DNA of 64,000 nt from Carcharhinus longimanus (GCA_030264375.1 JASCQW010000160.1:26400204-26464203); one strand, 5' to 3'. Shown: positions 14,117 through 27,399, counted from the stretch's first letter. Numbers and translations: made by a program. The notes: generated from the sequence alone by a model not told the origin.

Positions 14117-16864
14117 CACCATTCCTTTTTCTGACCTCAATGTCAGGAAAGATTCCTTGTGACCAACAATGTCATAACTACGTTTCTGATTTTGGGCTAA
14201 AAAGTTCAACCCATCCATGCCCAGAAAATGGCAGCTAGAGACAAGAACACTTTGCAATATGTGGTCCTAGTGTGCAGAAGTATAAGGCATGCCTCATATA
14301 CTGCACCTAGGGACAGAATTGTAACATAAATGCATTATAACATTATTTGAAGAATAAAATATAACTGGTCCGGTATCACCTTGATGCATCAGCATCCTCT
14401 TGTCTTGATCAGAAGGCTATGGATTTTAGTCCTACTTGAGTGCATAATTTAGGAATAGCATTCCCTGCAATCGTGATGCTCTTTGGACCTGTTGATCTTA
14501 GAATCAATTTATATATTTAACTGGACATTAAAGGCACTGTTCAGAATTGTGAGCTCTTCAATCTCCTGGCCAACTCTCCTTCACCAAACCAATAACAAAA
14601 GGAAATGCTCCTTAATCCTTAGGCGGCGCGGGCTTGTTGGGCCGAAGGGCCTGTTTCCCGTGCTGGGTTGTTCTTTGTTCTTTTTTTTTTAATCCAATCA
14701 TCCTTGCTAATCAAAACTGAACTACAATTTTGTGTAAAGTAACATCATGTGGGTAACAAAAGAACAAAATTCAGCATTCCACATTTGCATTTGGGAAACA
14801 GGGCATCATCACGGGTGATTAAATTATGTGTTACTACATGTACTATATAATAGTAGGCACACTATTGTTTACATAAAATTTGCATAATATTCAGATATGA
14901 TTCCATTGAGACAAAAGTTTGGGAAGAGAAACTTATTAAAGCGAAAAGCCATGCATCTATAAATACAAAATGATTCTGTTATTCTCAAACTAGCATGTTT
15001 GATACAAGATGGAGGTCATTCCCTGCTACTTTCCCATTCAAGAGTAACAGTGGCTTAAAAGTGGGCAGAAGGCCAATACAACAAGGATTTGGAGCTATAA
15101 GTAGTACAAATGTTGCATTTACAAAGAACTACTTATTATACAGATCAAAGGCCATGGATCCCAACTGGTGTTTAACTCCACTTGAGCCTCTCATTCTTCC
15201 TCAACTAATTCATTCAGTTGGCAAAACTTATATTCCTTTCTCCTTTAAATTTCAATCTAATTTCTCCTTAATAAAGATTACTCTCCTTAACCTGTGGTCG
15301 AGAGTTCCAATTCTCACCACTTTGAGAAATAAATTTCTTTTGAATTCTCTATTTGATTTATTGCTGATCACTCTATATTGATGGCCCTTGCTTCGGTTTT
15401 CCCCCCTTCCTCTTCGAGAAGTGCGGAGTCAAGTTGGGCCATAACTCCATAAGCATAAGCTACTCGACAGCTGAATTGGCATTCTTAATGCAGGAGCTTA
15501 GGGTGTGATGTGGGGCCTCACAGCTGGCCCTGATCCTTTCTTTGCCCAATATTCACAAAACTCCACACAATAGTCAAAACCTAGCACATTATTTGTGTCC
15601 GTGGACCAAAGCACTGAAGCCACTATAGGGACTTCTATCATCAAATACATGACATATGACAAATACATGAATAGGATGGGAATAGAAGGATATGGTCTTT
15701 GGAAGAGTATGGGGTTTTAGTTCAGTCAGGCAGCATGGTCAGTGTAGGCTTGGAGGGCGAAAGGGCGTGTTCGTGTGCTGTAATTTTCTTTGTTTTTTGT
15801 CATCCTGGTTGGCTGAGATTAACAAATTCAACACACACCTTTCTGTAGCTTTATTGCTCAGTTTTAAATCAGAGCACAGATCTTTCTGGAGGTTTTCATT
15901 CTCTAAATTTGTGGAAATAAACTGCAATGCCTCATTAAATAATAGAAAAGCTAAGAGCGCTAGCATGCTTAAATTATAATTGAACTCGGATTCAAGGCAA
16001 CAATTTTGATTCATTCTCCCGATGCTAATTCTTCTCTAACATCACATCATAAGTCTTCACTTCAGTGAGAATGTCAGCCTACTTGTGACACTAATAAACA
16101 AACTTAAAGTCAGCAAGTTACAATATTTTAAAAAATATTCACATATAGAAAATGGCTTGGCTTGTCCTTAGATGCTGAAAAATCATTATGCTTTGTTACT
16201 ATCTTGGCATAGTCCAGTAAAAAGGAAGTCAAACTCCGTTATTAACTGCAAGAACTACACCACAAGATTTCACATTTTAACAAAAACTTTTACTGTGCAA
16301 GTGTTAAACAAATCACATGCTAACTTAACAATATGCTGCAAAAACTTAAAATTTAAATCTGAAAATCTCAACAGGGCACTTCTTGTTCACTTTCACTTCC
16401 ACCCAAGAGCTTCTCTGTACTTTTCAGGATCTTGAGGGTTCCTTCACATCTTCTGAAAGCAAACCACACACTCAAAAATTCATTTTGACTCCCCTCAGTA
16501 TTCCCATTGTTCTCTGAGGTACGAGACTTCTTTGGTCGTTCCATTAGAACATGGCTGGGTGTAGCCTCCAACTCTCCTTCAACCCCTCGTGAATGTGTAC
16601 TCTCCAGCTCAAGCCTGGGTCTTGCTGCATTTTTGCTTAATGACTCCAAATCAGAAAACATCCATGACACTTAAAAGCCCCCTACTATTTGTTCCAGTGA
16701 CTTCCAAGCACTAACTGAACCTTTTTTCAAAAAAAAGAGATAAACCCAAGAAACAGAAACTCTACGCGCAACCTATTTCCATAGCAATGTGGCACACTTG
16801 GGATGTTCCATACAGAAATTTAAACATATTAACTCTAACTCCCAAACATTCCCTTTGTTCTGGG

Positions 16865-17235
16865 CATCCATCACGCAAACTAGCCTCCCATTCATTGCTG
16901 AGGCAGCAGGGAGTATAGACAGAGTCAAAGCAGCTGACATAATTAAGGACACCACGCACCCCGGACATCCTCTCTTCCACCTTCGTCAGGGAAAAAGATG
17001 TAAAAGTCTGAGGTCACGTACCAACAGACTCAAGAACAGCTTCTTTCCTGCTGCCATCAGACTTTTGAATGGACCTACCTTGCATTAAATTGATATTTCG
17101 CTACACCCTGGCTATGACTGCACTCTCTCATTTCCTTCTCCATGAACGGTGTGCTTTGTCTGTGTAGCATGCAAGAAACAATATTTTTCACTGTATACCA
17201 ATACATGTGACAATAATAAATCAAATCAAATCAAA
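16865..17235 (+). mobile_element. Rex1/Babar LINE 3' end
   Basis: IIKDTTHPGHPLF...RTNRLKNSFFPAAIRLLN and tail gtgacaataataaatcaaatcaaatc; further copies at 20400-20840, 55757-56265 and 58020-58515. Confidence 0.88.
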
Positions 17236-17844
17236 CCCCTTATCAAGACAGCTGCAGACATTGTCTCCACCACAAAACCCAGAGAGGTGTTACCTATTGT
17301 TCGTGATTTCCCACTTGCAACTCTGGCATGGTTACTCTTTGAATTGCAGTTGCTCTAGATTTGTTCAGCTCCTAAAATCGGGAGTTTTAATTTAGCCAGC
17401 ATTTAAATATTTCAATCTCCAAAGTGAACATTACATTCCGAAAACCTCTGAATCATGAAATCACATACTTGCAACAATCAATACTGCAGATACTAAAATT
17501 TGTACATCCATCAACAGTTTATTTATTTTATTCTTTGACGGGATGTGGATGTCACTGACAAGGCCAACATTTGTCGTCAATGTCTAGTTTCCCTTGAACT
17601 AAATGGCTTGTCAGGCCATTGCAGAGGACAGTTAACAGTCAACCACATTGTGTGGGTTACAAGTATTATGTCTGGCCAGACCAGATAAGGATGGCAGATT
17701 TCTTTACTTAAAGGACATTAGTGACGAACCAAGTTGGTTTTTAATGAGGATCGGTGAGAATTTTATGGTCACTTTATATTCCAGATCTATTAATTGAATT
17801 TAAACGCCGTGATGGGATTTGAACCCATGTCCCTAGAGCATTAG

Positions 17845-18340
17845 TGTAGAGATGCCAGTGTTGGACTGGGGTAAACACACTAAGAAGTCTCACAACACCA
17901 GGTTAAAGTCCAACCAGTTTATTTAATAGTAAACCCACAAGCTTTCGGAAACACTGTTCCTTCGTCAGGTACGTGGAAAGTTCTGATAGCCAAGTTCCAC
18001 ACACGAGGACGGCTTCAACCGGGATCTTGGGTTCATGNNNNNNNNNNNNNNNNNNNNNNNNNNNNNNNNNNNNNNNNNNNNNNNNNNNNNNNNNNNNNNN
18101 NNNNNNNNNNNNNNNNNNNNNNNNNNNNNNNNNNNNNNNNNNNNNNNNNNNNNNNNNNNNNNNNNNNNNNNNNNNNNNNNNNNNNNNNNNNNNNNNNNTG
18201 TGTGTGCCTTTATATGCCCTTCTCTGATCAGAACTTTCCACACACCTGACGAAGGAACAGCATTTCCGAAAGCTTATGGGTTTACTATCAAATAAACTGG
18301 TTGGACTTTAACCTGGTGTTGTGAGACTTCTTACCTGGAC
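17845..18340. mobile_element. Penelope-like element with inverted terminal repeats carrying minimal hammerhead ribozyme cores, nested in a SINE
   Basis: Arms about 17881-17987 and 18227-18333 are inverted copies. CTGACGA..GAAA cores at 18246-18271 (+) and 17943-17968 (-). CATTAG flanks both ends; interior mostly N. Confidence 0.8.
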
Positions 18341-19537
18341 CATTAGCTCAGGCCTGTGGATTAATAGCCCAGTGACATTACCACTATGCCAACATCTCCC
18401 CAAGCTAACCGAATATTATAGACTTCAGAATTAATACTTATTTAGAGGATTTAAAAGTAAGTTTGTAAAATTTTATTCTACAAACAGATAAACTGTGCTC
18501 ATTAAATGATCACTTAATTACATCTGTTTATGTGAAAGATATCTGTATATTTACCAACACATTTCAGTTGCCTTTTATTTATCTTTATGCTTTGATACAG
18601 CTCCTGATCAGAATAGGCATGGAAGCAGAAATTTTATGCAGAATCCTCTTTCAGTGGCATCAGAATAAGGACAGGGACTATAGAAACATTCCTTCCTAAT
18701 GCACCATTCACAAATAAAAAAAGGTGTCACTGCAAAGGAAATTCTAAACTGTTTCCCAAGTCACTTTCCATCTGCAGTTGAAGACCTAAGCATCATAGAA
18801 TCCATAGAATCACAGGATCCCTACAATGCAGGAGTCCATTTGGCCCATTGAGTCTGTCCAGGCACTCCGACAGACAATGTTACCCAGACCCTATCCCCAT
18901 AACACCATGTATTTACCCCACTAATCCCCCTAAGGATAAAGAATTATTGATGAATACCACAAAATAAAGACCATCACCTTTTACTTAATTTAGAATTAAA
19001 TGCCACATCATCTGGACATAATCTCCCTTCAGCATAGTACTGCATGCATTTGAACTGTAGCTAGAACTATGCATGGAAATACCCAGCATTGACAGCTCAC
19101 GCATTAATCAGCACAACAAAGAATTTTATCATTAAGTAAATGTCATGCAAAGGTGTATGAGCACATAAACCATCATCACAAAACAGATCAGCAGAAAAAA
19201 AATTGACATTTTATACTAAAGTCTGGAAAACCCAGAATAAAAATGAACCACAGCCAACTGTAAAATCCATACACAAATGTCAGCAGCAATTTCAATATTT
19301 ATAGTACACAAGAAACAATTATGAGAACATAAAGCTCTTCTACTGTGTTTTAATTTTTCCTATCAAATCAACTAACCAGGTTTAGTGATGGAGATCCATT
19401 ACAACTATACGTTCTTGGGACCCATACTTTATTTAACGTAGCACTAAGCCATATGAAGATGGTCCTAGCTTTCATTTCTGTACTGTGCTGTGGGTCTAAT
19501 AGTTTCTTTTCAGGACAACCTGCATCAACCCCACACA

Positions 19538-19668
19538 AAATCAAAATATTGTGGATGTTGGAAATCTGAAATTAAAACAGAAAATGCTGAAAATACTCAG
19601 CAGGTCGGGCAGTATCTGCGAAGAGAGAAAAAACGTTAATGTTTCAGTTCAGTGCCCCTTCATCAGAA
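19538..19668 (-). mobile_element. Penelope-derived short element with hammerhead-like core
   Basis: Reverse complement CTGATGAaggggcactgaactGAAAcattaac...ctgctgagtattttcagcattttctgttttaatttcagatttcc; related copies at about 31545-31675, 56425-56640 and 61620-61740. Confidence 0.65.
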
Positions 19669-19678
19669 TTAGACTTAC

Positions 19679-19756
19679 CTTTACTGCCAAATCCACAATA
19701 TTAGGTTCAGAAAATCTGTCCCACTGATAACTGTTGTTCTCACAGGATATCTCCAT
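19679..19756 (-). CDS. Candidate alternative first coding exon of DIXDC1 (MEISCENNSYQWDRFSEPNIVDLAVK)
   Basis: Strong Kozak context gtcATGG, in-frame TAA just upstream, 26 open codons, consensus donor AAG|GTAAGT in phase 0 (same phase as the 3298 donor). Unique non-repeat sequence upstream of DIXDC1 on the same strand. Confidence 0.55.
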
Positions 19757-21432
19757 GACTTTTGTTATTTACCAAGTGAAAATGTTAGCGTTCCATCAGT
19801 GTTAACATCTGACGGGTATTCATTAAAAAGGCAGGAAAGTCATTCACATGGCGGCAAATCCAGCCATGTTTCAAATACACCATATTTCAATCAGTTCCGG
19901 GACGTTGAGATGAGTTTACATAACGCAGGGGCCAGAGGGCACAGAAATATTGCTTGAGCAGATCAAGTTTCAGTAGATGCCATACCTTTAAGACCCATTA
20001 TGATACAAAATAAAAGTACCTTTTTGTGCTCTGAGAATGTCTATAGGTTTTAAACTACTTGCAAACAGTTGATCATGAGTTTTAGTTTGTTCAGGAAGTA
20101 AACTGAAACAAAATCTATTGTACACAAGTGTTAGCTGCATCACTGTGCCTTATCAAGCTATATTCAAAACATAAGGAAGAGTGATATTAAAATGGAAAAT
20201 TATATTATTAACTCAGTCANNNCAGTCTCTTACAATACATTATGAAGTTTGAAAATATACTAAACACTAGTCTAGATTAAAAGATTTGGACTTTTTGATA
20301 TGGACTTTTAACACCAATGTTTAAGGAAAACTAAAGCAATTGACATGAGTTTGGAGTTGTAGGCAACATCATCTGGAAAATTAATGTTAATAAATAAAGT
20401 ATGGCTCCTGCCCTGCCCAAGACCGCAAGAAACTATAACAGGTTGTGAACGTAGCCTAGTACATCGGCAAACCAGCCTCCCATCCATTGCCTCTGCCTAT
20501 ACTTTCCACTGCCTCGGCAAAGCAGCCAGCATAATTAAGGACCCACGCAACCCGGACAGTCTCTTTTCTATCTTCTTCCATCTGGAAAAAGTTACAAAAG
20601 TCTGTCGTCACGCACCAAGCGACTCAAGAACAGTTTCTTCCCTGCTGCTGTTAGACTTTTGAATGGACTTACCCTGCATTAAAGTTGACCTTTCTCTACA
20701 CCCTAGCTATAACTGTAACACTGTATTCTGCACTCTCTTGTTTCCTTCTCTATGAATGGTATGCTTTGTCTGTATAGCACGCAAGAAACAATATTTTCCA
20801 CTGTATGTTGATACATGTGACAATAATAAATCAAATTAAAAAACTAATTATCTCAAAGGTTTTTCTGCCTCAGTTGATTATTTCACATTTCCTAAAGAAT
20901 AAAGAATGGGCACTAAAACCCTATAATTTATATTTATGAATTTAAGGCTTGAAATGGTGAGAAATGTTTTTTAATATAGCTTACTATTACTAATTTCCAT
21001 ATCAAATACATAAAAGATACTATTTACTCAGCAGGACCAGTTTATTCTGTCTGATCCACTGGACATTATGTCAAATAATAGTGGCTGAGCCTACTTCCAG
21101 ATTAATAAACAGCTCACAGCTGTCACTGTGACATTGCCAACCAGAATCACAAATAGGCAAATGGGCAGTAATTTGGCCATAACTTTCCAGTCATTCATGC
21201 CAGTGGGATCTTCAGGTCCTGCCAATGGCACACCTGCCCCACTGCAGGTTTCATAGCAGCAAGGGAAACCCCATTGACAACGGTGAGACCAGGAGATCCC
21301 GCCATTGGCCAATGGTGGACTGCCTTCCACCGGCACGAAACATGCGATGGGTTGGACAGCTAGTGTGTGGTTCAAAATGACCCTAACTTTGGATTTAACT
21401 CCTGTTCCAGCTGAAATGGACTTGAAACCTAC

Positions 21433-21506
21433 CTTTCTGTTCTGCCTGTAATAAAATCATGGTATAAGCCAAGGTTCAGCGACCTTGGAATAGTGCAGGA
21501 TGCCAC
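21433..21506 (-). other. Candidate internal exon (74 nt) of an upstream DIXDC1 transcript; open frame VASCTIPRSLNLGLYHDFITGRTE
   Basis: Acceptor ctcttcttcag| and donor AAG|gtaggt; only one open frame (phase 0 in, phase 2 out). Confidence 0.45.
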
Positions 21507-22619
21507 CTGAAGAAGAGTGTCATTTTATACATTCATTATGAAGGATTGATTCTTGGAGCAAATACATTGGTAACTCCTTAAGTTGGCTTTTAGGCCGTCA
21601 ATCCCATCTAGGCCCTAGCCCCGTAGCCCCACATATTTACTCTGTTAATCCCTCTGACATTTAAGAGGCAATTTAGTATGGCCAATCAACCTAACCCACG
21701 CACCTTTGGAGTGTGAGAAAACCACAGCACCTGGAGGTAACCCACGCAGACACAGGGAGAACATGCATGCTCGAGTCATCCGAGGCCAGAATTGAACCTT
21801 TAGTCCTTATAATGCTCCTTTGTTCATCAGCGAACTGTGAAAGGGTGTGCTATAAATCACATGCCTATCATATGCTACACGGTAAAACATTGCCCTATTA
21901 CAGATAACAAAGACAAGGCATTCAGCATCACCTTTTCAGAACAGTTCAACTTCAATTTGAACTGCTAAATCCCCTGAAGAATATGCAAAACTGACAGTGG
22001 ACAAAAGGCAGAACTAATTTAACTTGTACAAAAGCTCTTTCTTTGTTAAAAGATCCAGAAAAAAGAAATGATGGCAATAAACAATCCCAGTTCAGTGTCC
22101 AGCTCAAGCAGCACAACAGGAGCAGTTGTTGCTGAAAATGGAGGGTGCACACTTCCAACCTCTTCTGGCGCATCTATCATATTGCCGAGGGTGCTAGCAC
22201 AAGCCTGCCATGCATGCACTGGAAGCTTGCAAATTGTGACATTGAATGACCGCTCAGATTGATCTGATACATGATCTGCCGATTTGAACCAGGCAAATCC
22301 AGTAAACACTCCCAGTTGAGCATGCATTCAGCTGCATCAGAGACTCCCTCCACCACCGCCTGGGTGGGGGTTCCTTGCAGATGCTTTTGATGTATTGTTG
22401 TTCATGCAAAGTTTGTGGTAGTATGGTGGTATGTTTTTGAAGAAATTTTAGCGTCTTCTGAGATTTTGAAAGGAATATTGCTGAATCTTGGCAGGGAGGT
22501 CAGAGGAGTTTACTGCCTGGGCTACAGAAAGCCTGCTGGGATATGGGGTCAATAGAGATTGTCTCTATTGGTCAGCAGCAGGACAGGACATGAAACACAA
22601 ACTGCAGAGAGAGGAAGCT

Positions 22620-23270
22620 ATGTGTAAAGGGAGAAAGAGAAAGGCTCTCCATATCAAGCATTTTCAGGGACCACATCTCCTACCTTCTTCTCAGCCATGT
22701 GCGAGGTTTGAGGCACCTAATGAGCAAGAAGGTGGCACTGAATTGTACCATCTCTTTCAATAGATCTTAGAACTCCACAGCAAATCAAGGATGGCACTGC
22801 CAGTAGCCAAAAGAGTAACCATCACCCTCAACATCTATGATTCTTCCAGGTTGGAGCAGGTGACATAGCCAACATTTCCCAATTCACATTTCACCGCTAC
22901 ATTAGGGAGGTGACAGAGGTCCTTGTACAAGGGAGGGCACTTCATAATCTTCTCTTTGATCAGAGGGAGGCAGAAGAAATAGGTATGTTGCTTTGCTGGG
23001 CTAGAGGGATTCCCAAATGCCAGGAGGGCACCATGAACAACATGCATGCTGCTCTGCAAGGCCCAAATGACGAAACGGCAAGAACTGCAAGGGCTACCAC
23101 TCTAGCAACTTGCTGTTTGTGCGCAACCATATCTGATCCATCATGTTGGTGAATGCCCTTTATCCTAGCAACAGCCACAACTTCATCCTGAGGCAGTCAG
23201 CTGTTTATGCTGTCTTTGGGCCATTGCAATGAAACAGAGACTGGTTGCTTGGACGCAAGGGATGACTTCT
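22620..23270 (+). mobile_element. PIF/Harbinger transposase pseudogene
   Basis: Across frameshifts: ALPVAKRVTITLNIY..FFQVGAGDIANISQFTFHRYIREVTEVL...FAGLEGFP...NCKGYHSSNLLFV...MLVNALYPSNSHNFILRQS...GWLLG, the HARBI1-type motif series. Confidence 0.85.
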
Positions 23271-23686
23271 GTGCAACCAGGAATCTGGACGTCACATTAG
23301 GTAGAAATAGTAAAGGAGGTTGGGGGGTGGGGGGTCTTGGCTCTAGCTCTGAGTCTCCTTTTCCTAGGAGACCTCAAACCATCAACACTGCTGCATCCAC
23401 ACTTCCTCACCTTTTAATCCACCTTCTACGTTCCACCACAGCATCCTAAACAAAACCCAACAAAAACCTTGCCATACAGCTTTATCAACAAACATGTCCA
23501 ATAAGACAGACAAAAATCTGAATTATTACCCTTGTGCCTCTCCTTAATGTCAGCCTTGCATTGTCTTTGCCTGTCCCTGTGCTTCTCTGGAATGTTACCC
23601 CAAGCGGCTGTAACATGCTTGGTAGAAAGCTGCTGACTTTCAGTGGAAGAGACTACAAAATCTCTTGCAGGACGACCTGCGACCTG

Positions 23687-24220
23687 TCAGCCTATCTTTG
23701 GGATGCAACACCTGCTCATGGGCGGTGGCAGTCTGCACTGGCTGGCTGGCTGAGGCAACAGCAAGTCTAGTAGTAGTGTCAGTAGTGGGAGCATAAATAT
23801 TGTCATCCTGAGAGAGCTGCCAGCTCTCCCAGTCTGGTGCCTCAGCAACCCTAGAGAACCTGGGTGCCTCTTTGGTGATATGTAGTCAGAATAAAGAGCA
23901 AGATCTAATGACCTCAAATCTGAGCTTCGATGCAGCTCCAAGTCATTAGGTGGCTTTTCTCGCTGGGCTGCACTAGAAACTGAGACAGCAGTCACCAAAT
24001 TCTTCATCACACCTGGGTCTGCAAGGGTTATCATGACACCACCACTTCCACTGGGATGCACGAACTCCAAGTTCTGCATCATGTCCAATGCTGAGTTTGA
24101 GTTTGGCACCTCAAGGCTCCTTGACAGTAAAAAAAACAAGGCTCTCTACAAGCCTGTCAATGCATCATGCATTTCAGTATGCATGCTCCCAGCATTGTCC
24201 AATGCCCTCACAACATCTCG
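23687..24220 (-). mobile_element. Probable remnant of the second (accessory) ORF of the same Harbinger element
   Basis: Long, mostly open helical/low-complexity frame (MHTEMHDALTGL*RALFFLLSRSLEV...) convergent with the transposase; no Myb/SANT motif actually seen. Confidence 0.4.
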
Positions 24221-25471
24221 GTGCGCATGCCCACCCTGTGCCCCCCCATGCCACACCCCACCACACCCCCCATGTCTCCAATGTTAACTGTCTCCAATGG
24301 GTTATCAAATCGCTTAATTAGGCCAGCCATATAAATACTGTGGCTACAAAAGCAGATAATTTTACAGCAAATAATTCCTCGCCTGATTCCCCAAAGTATG
24401 TCAATCATCCACAAGGTATAGGTCAGGAGAGTAATGGAACACTCTTCACTGGCCTGGATGAGAGCAGCTCCATCACCTATTCGGTTCAAAGATATATGTG
24501 TGATTGACACCCATCCACCACCTTTGTATACACTACACTGCAGCAACCCAGCAGGACTCCTTCAGCAGCACCAACCAAACTGGTGACCTCTACCATATAG
24601 ATAGACAAAGGCAATAGGCACATGGAAAGACCACCAGCTGCAAGTTCCCCTCCAAGTCATACACAATTCTGACTTGTTACTACATCACCATCCCTTTACC
24701 GTCATTGGGTCAAAAATCTGATTCCCTCCCTGACAGCAGATGGACAGCAACAACTCAAGGTAGCTCACCACAACCTTCTCAAGGGCAATCAGAAATGGAC
24801 AACAGTTGCTGGCATTGCCAGCAATGCTCATATCTCAGAACAAATTTTTAAAAATTGGAGTCTTATACTGCCAGATTAAACAGTTACACCCTGTACTCAA
24901 AGAGGAAAGGGAAATAGAGGGCAGTCATTCATGCAACAATGACAAAAAAAAATACCAATTATTGAGGGTGGGGATGAAGAAGACCTCCCTTTTACTTCCC
25001 ACTGGGAACTTGCTCAAGAAAATCTAAATTTTTGAGCATTTTGAAAACCATACATGAAACAGGCTCGTGAACTATGAATTTACAGTAAATTATTTCCTTC
25101 CTAGTCGTAGACAGATAAATTACGTTACTTGCATGACTATTTCCCTTCCTGTTGATACACACACAAATGCATTGAGCTGTTAAACATCTCAACCACAAAC
25201 CAGCAGCTTTCACAACCTAATACCATGGAAACAAATGACTGTCTATTTTCTGAGTTCCAGAAGTAGATCAATGCTGGCAAGATTGCAAATGAACAGCCAC
25301 AGCTAAATCTATAATGTCCATATTTATTAATAGTAGGAATATTAAAAAATCTATAACTGCATATTGTCAGATTTAATCAATTATTTTTGCATCTATCTTA
25401 AGTGCTGTAAAATTCGATACACAAGTCATACCATCATGCATGTTTCAAATAAGTACACACTGCTGTAGCTA

Positions 25472-25783
25472 ATGGGTGGCACAGTGGCTAGTACTGCTGC
25501 TTACAGCGCTAGCAACCTGGGTTCATTTCTGGCCTCAAGTCACCGTCTCTGTGGATTGCACATTCTCCCAGTGTCTGCATGGGTTTACTCCAGGTGTTCT
25601 GGTTTTGTCCCACACTCCAAAGATGTGCACGTTAGGCTGATCGGCCATGCCAATTTGACCTTAGTGTCGGGGGATTAGCAGGGTAAATATCTGGGGTTAT
25701 GAGATAAGGATCTGGTAGGGATTGTGGTCAGTGCAGGTTCAATGGACTGAATGGCCTCCTTCTGCACTGTAAGAATTCTATGA
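25472..25783 (+). mobile_element. HE1/V-SINE-like tRNA-derived SINE with CR1-type tail (representative copy)
   Basis: tRNA-like head ggcacagtggctagtactgctgc..gggttc, V-domain-like core gtctgcatgggttt..ccaggtg, tail gaatggcctccttctgcactgtaagaattctatg. Other copies at about 4088-4395, 21590-21800, 29655-29965, 52366-52655, 56872-57188, 60295-60463. Confidence 0.88.
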
Positions 25784-27399
25784 TTGTAATAACGTCTATT
25801 GCAGTTGGGACACAAAACAAAAATAACCTATAATTTATGAAATACTGACACTGCAAATCATCAACATGCTAAATATATTTTTTCCTATTTTGAGAAGTCA
25901 GTTTAGAATTAATTTGAAATCATAAATGATAAATGTATTTTTCAGTAATCCTGATAAAGCATTTACGCCTGGTTCATTTTCAGAGTCTCCGCTGATGCAA
26001 CCTGGTGCTGCATACAGCATTTCCTACTTTTCTTCCTCAGTTCTATTCCAGTAAAACTGATGACCACCCAACTTCCTGGCTCCTATGGTAATTGATATTG
26101 TTAACGGTTTTCTTTTCTTGGGGACTGTCCCTCTTGTCCTCAAATCTTTTACCAGCAACTTCCTTTCAGGAAATTGACACCACTCCATCCATTCATGCAA
26201 GCTATCCGCCCATTTCCAACCAAAGTCCTTGGATGTACTACCACCTCCCAAATCCATGTACATCTTTGCCTGGACTGTAACTTGCAGTTCCCACCTCCTA
26301 ATCTTACATCATCTGTGAACTGATCAGTTTGCACTGAATTCAGGCGATTCTTCTGAATTCAGGCGATTAATGAAAATTAGAAATATTGAAGGCTCCAACA
26401 CCAATTCCCACAAACACCATATGGTACTCAGTACACCCCTCATCTCTGACACAGCTCTTCTAATAGGTATCTCTACATTCAGTCACTATCTTATTCACTC
26501 TCAGATTTTTACCTTGAACCTCAGCACAAAGCTCATGTGGAACTTTGAAATCACTACAAAAAGGGCATTCTTTAAAATATATAGGCACCGTCTTCCCCAG
26601 AGAGTGATGGGGTAAGGTCACTGAGTATTTTTCAGGAAGAGGTAGATAGATTCTTGACTAACAAGGAGTTCAAGGGTATACAAGATAGGCAGACTGGAGG
26701 CATCAAGGCCACAAACAGATCACTCAGTCATAGAAATGCTCAGCACAGAAAAGGTCCTGCAGCCCATCGACTCTACACCAACAATACAGCACTTGTCCCA
26801 TAGCCTTGATTGTTATATTTCAAGAGCTTATCCAAATACTTTTTAAAGATTGTAAGGTTTCCAGCCTTATTACCTTATTGAATGGCTGAACAGCCTCAGG
26901 AGCTGAAGTGCCTATTTCTGCTCCTAATTCACATGTTCATATATTCCACATTCCACTTGTGATGTCAGGGTAAAAAATGCTTCAATTAAAGTGTTAATCC
27001 TTGTCTGGTGTACATTTATTCTGGTTTTGCCAAATATAGAAAATTAGCACTCCTGTACCAACTCAAGCTAAGGACAGTCAAAATTAAAGAACAGAGTGAG
27101 ACTAATCTGCCACATTTTCGAGCAGGTAACCATTAACACAGCACTGAAAGGTAGTTGGTTATCTGAGAGTTGGTTCCTCCTTATATCTTAGGTACTGGGG
27201 AATAAAAATGGGGGAAGAGCTAATTCAAAGAAAGTTTTTGTTAAATCAAACAAATCATAGGGGGAAATTTTCCCACCGCTCACATCCCACCACCGCTGCA
27301 AGCGAGGATGGAAAGTCTGGCACTCAACAGCCATGATTTTGGTGTGAACGGCCGATAAACTCCGGTCATATTTGATTTAGCAGATATGTGTAGAGACTA

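Noticed and set aside
15839-15903. Exon-like minus-strand block (ENENLQKDLCSDLKLSNKATER)
   Set aside because: Splice sites are plausible but its phases (1 in, 2 out) fit none of the better-supported neighbouring exons.
16368-16670. 100-aa minus-strand ORF (MSWMFSDLESLSK...)
   Set aside because: GTG start, no recognisable homology and no convincing flanking splice sites.
25054-25148. Exon-like minus-strand block (KGNSHASNVIYLSTTRKEIIYCKFIVHEPVS)
   Set aside because: Weak donor and acceptor; its inclusion breaks the frame of the flanking candidate exons. Could only be an untranslated exon.
25472-25545. tRNA-like sequences at SINE heads throughout the window
   Set aside because: They continue into SINE core and tail sequence and lack an intact cloverleaf; not tRNA genes.
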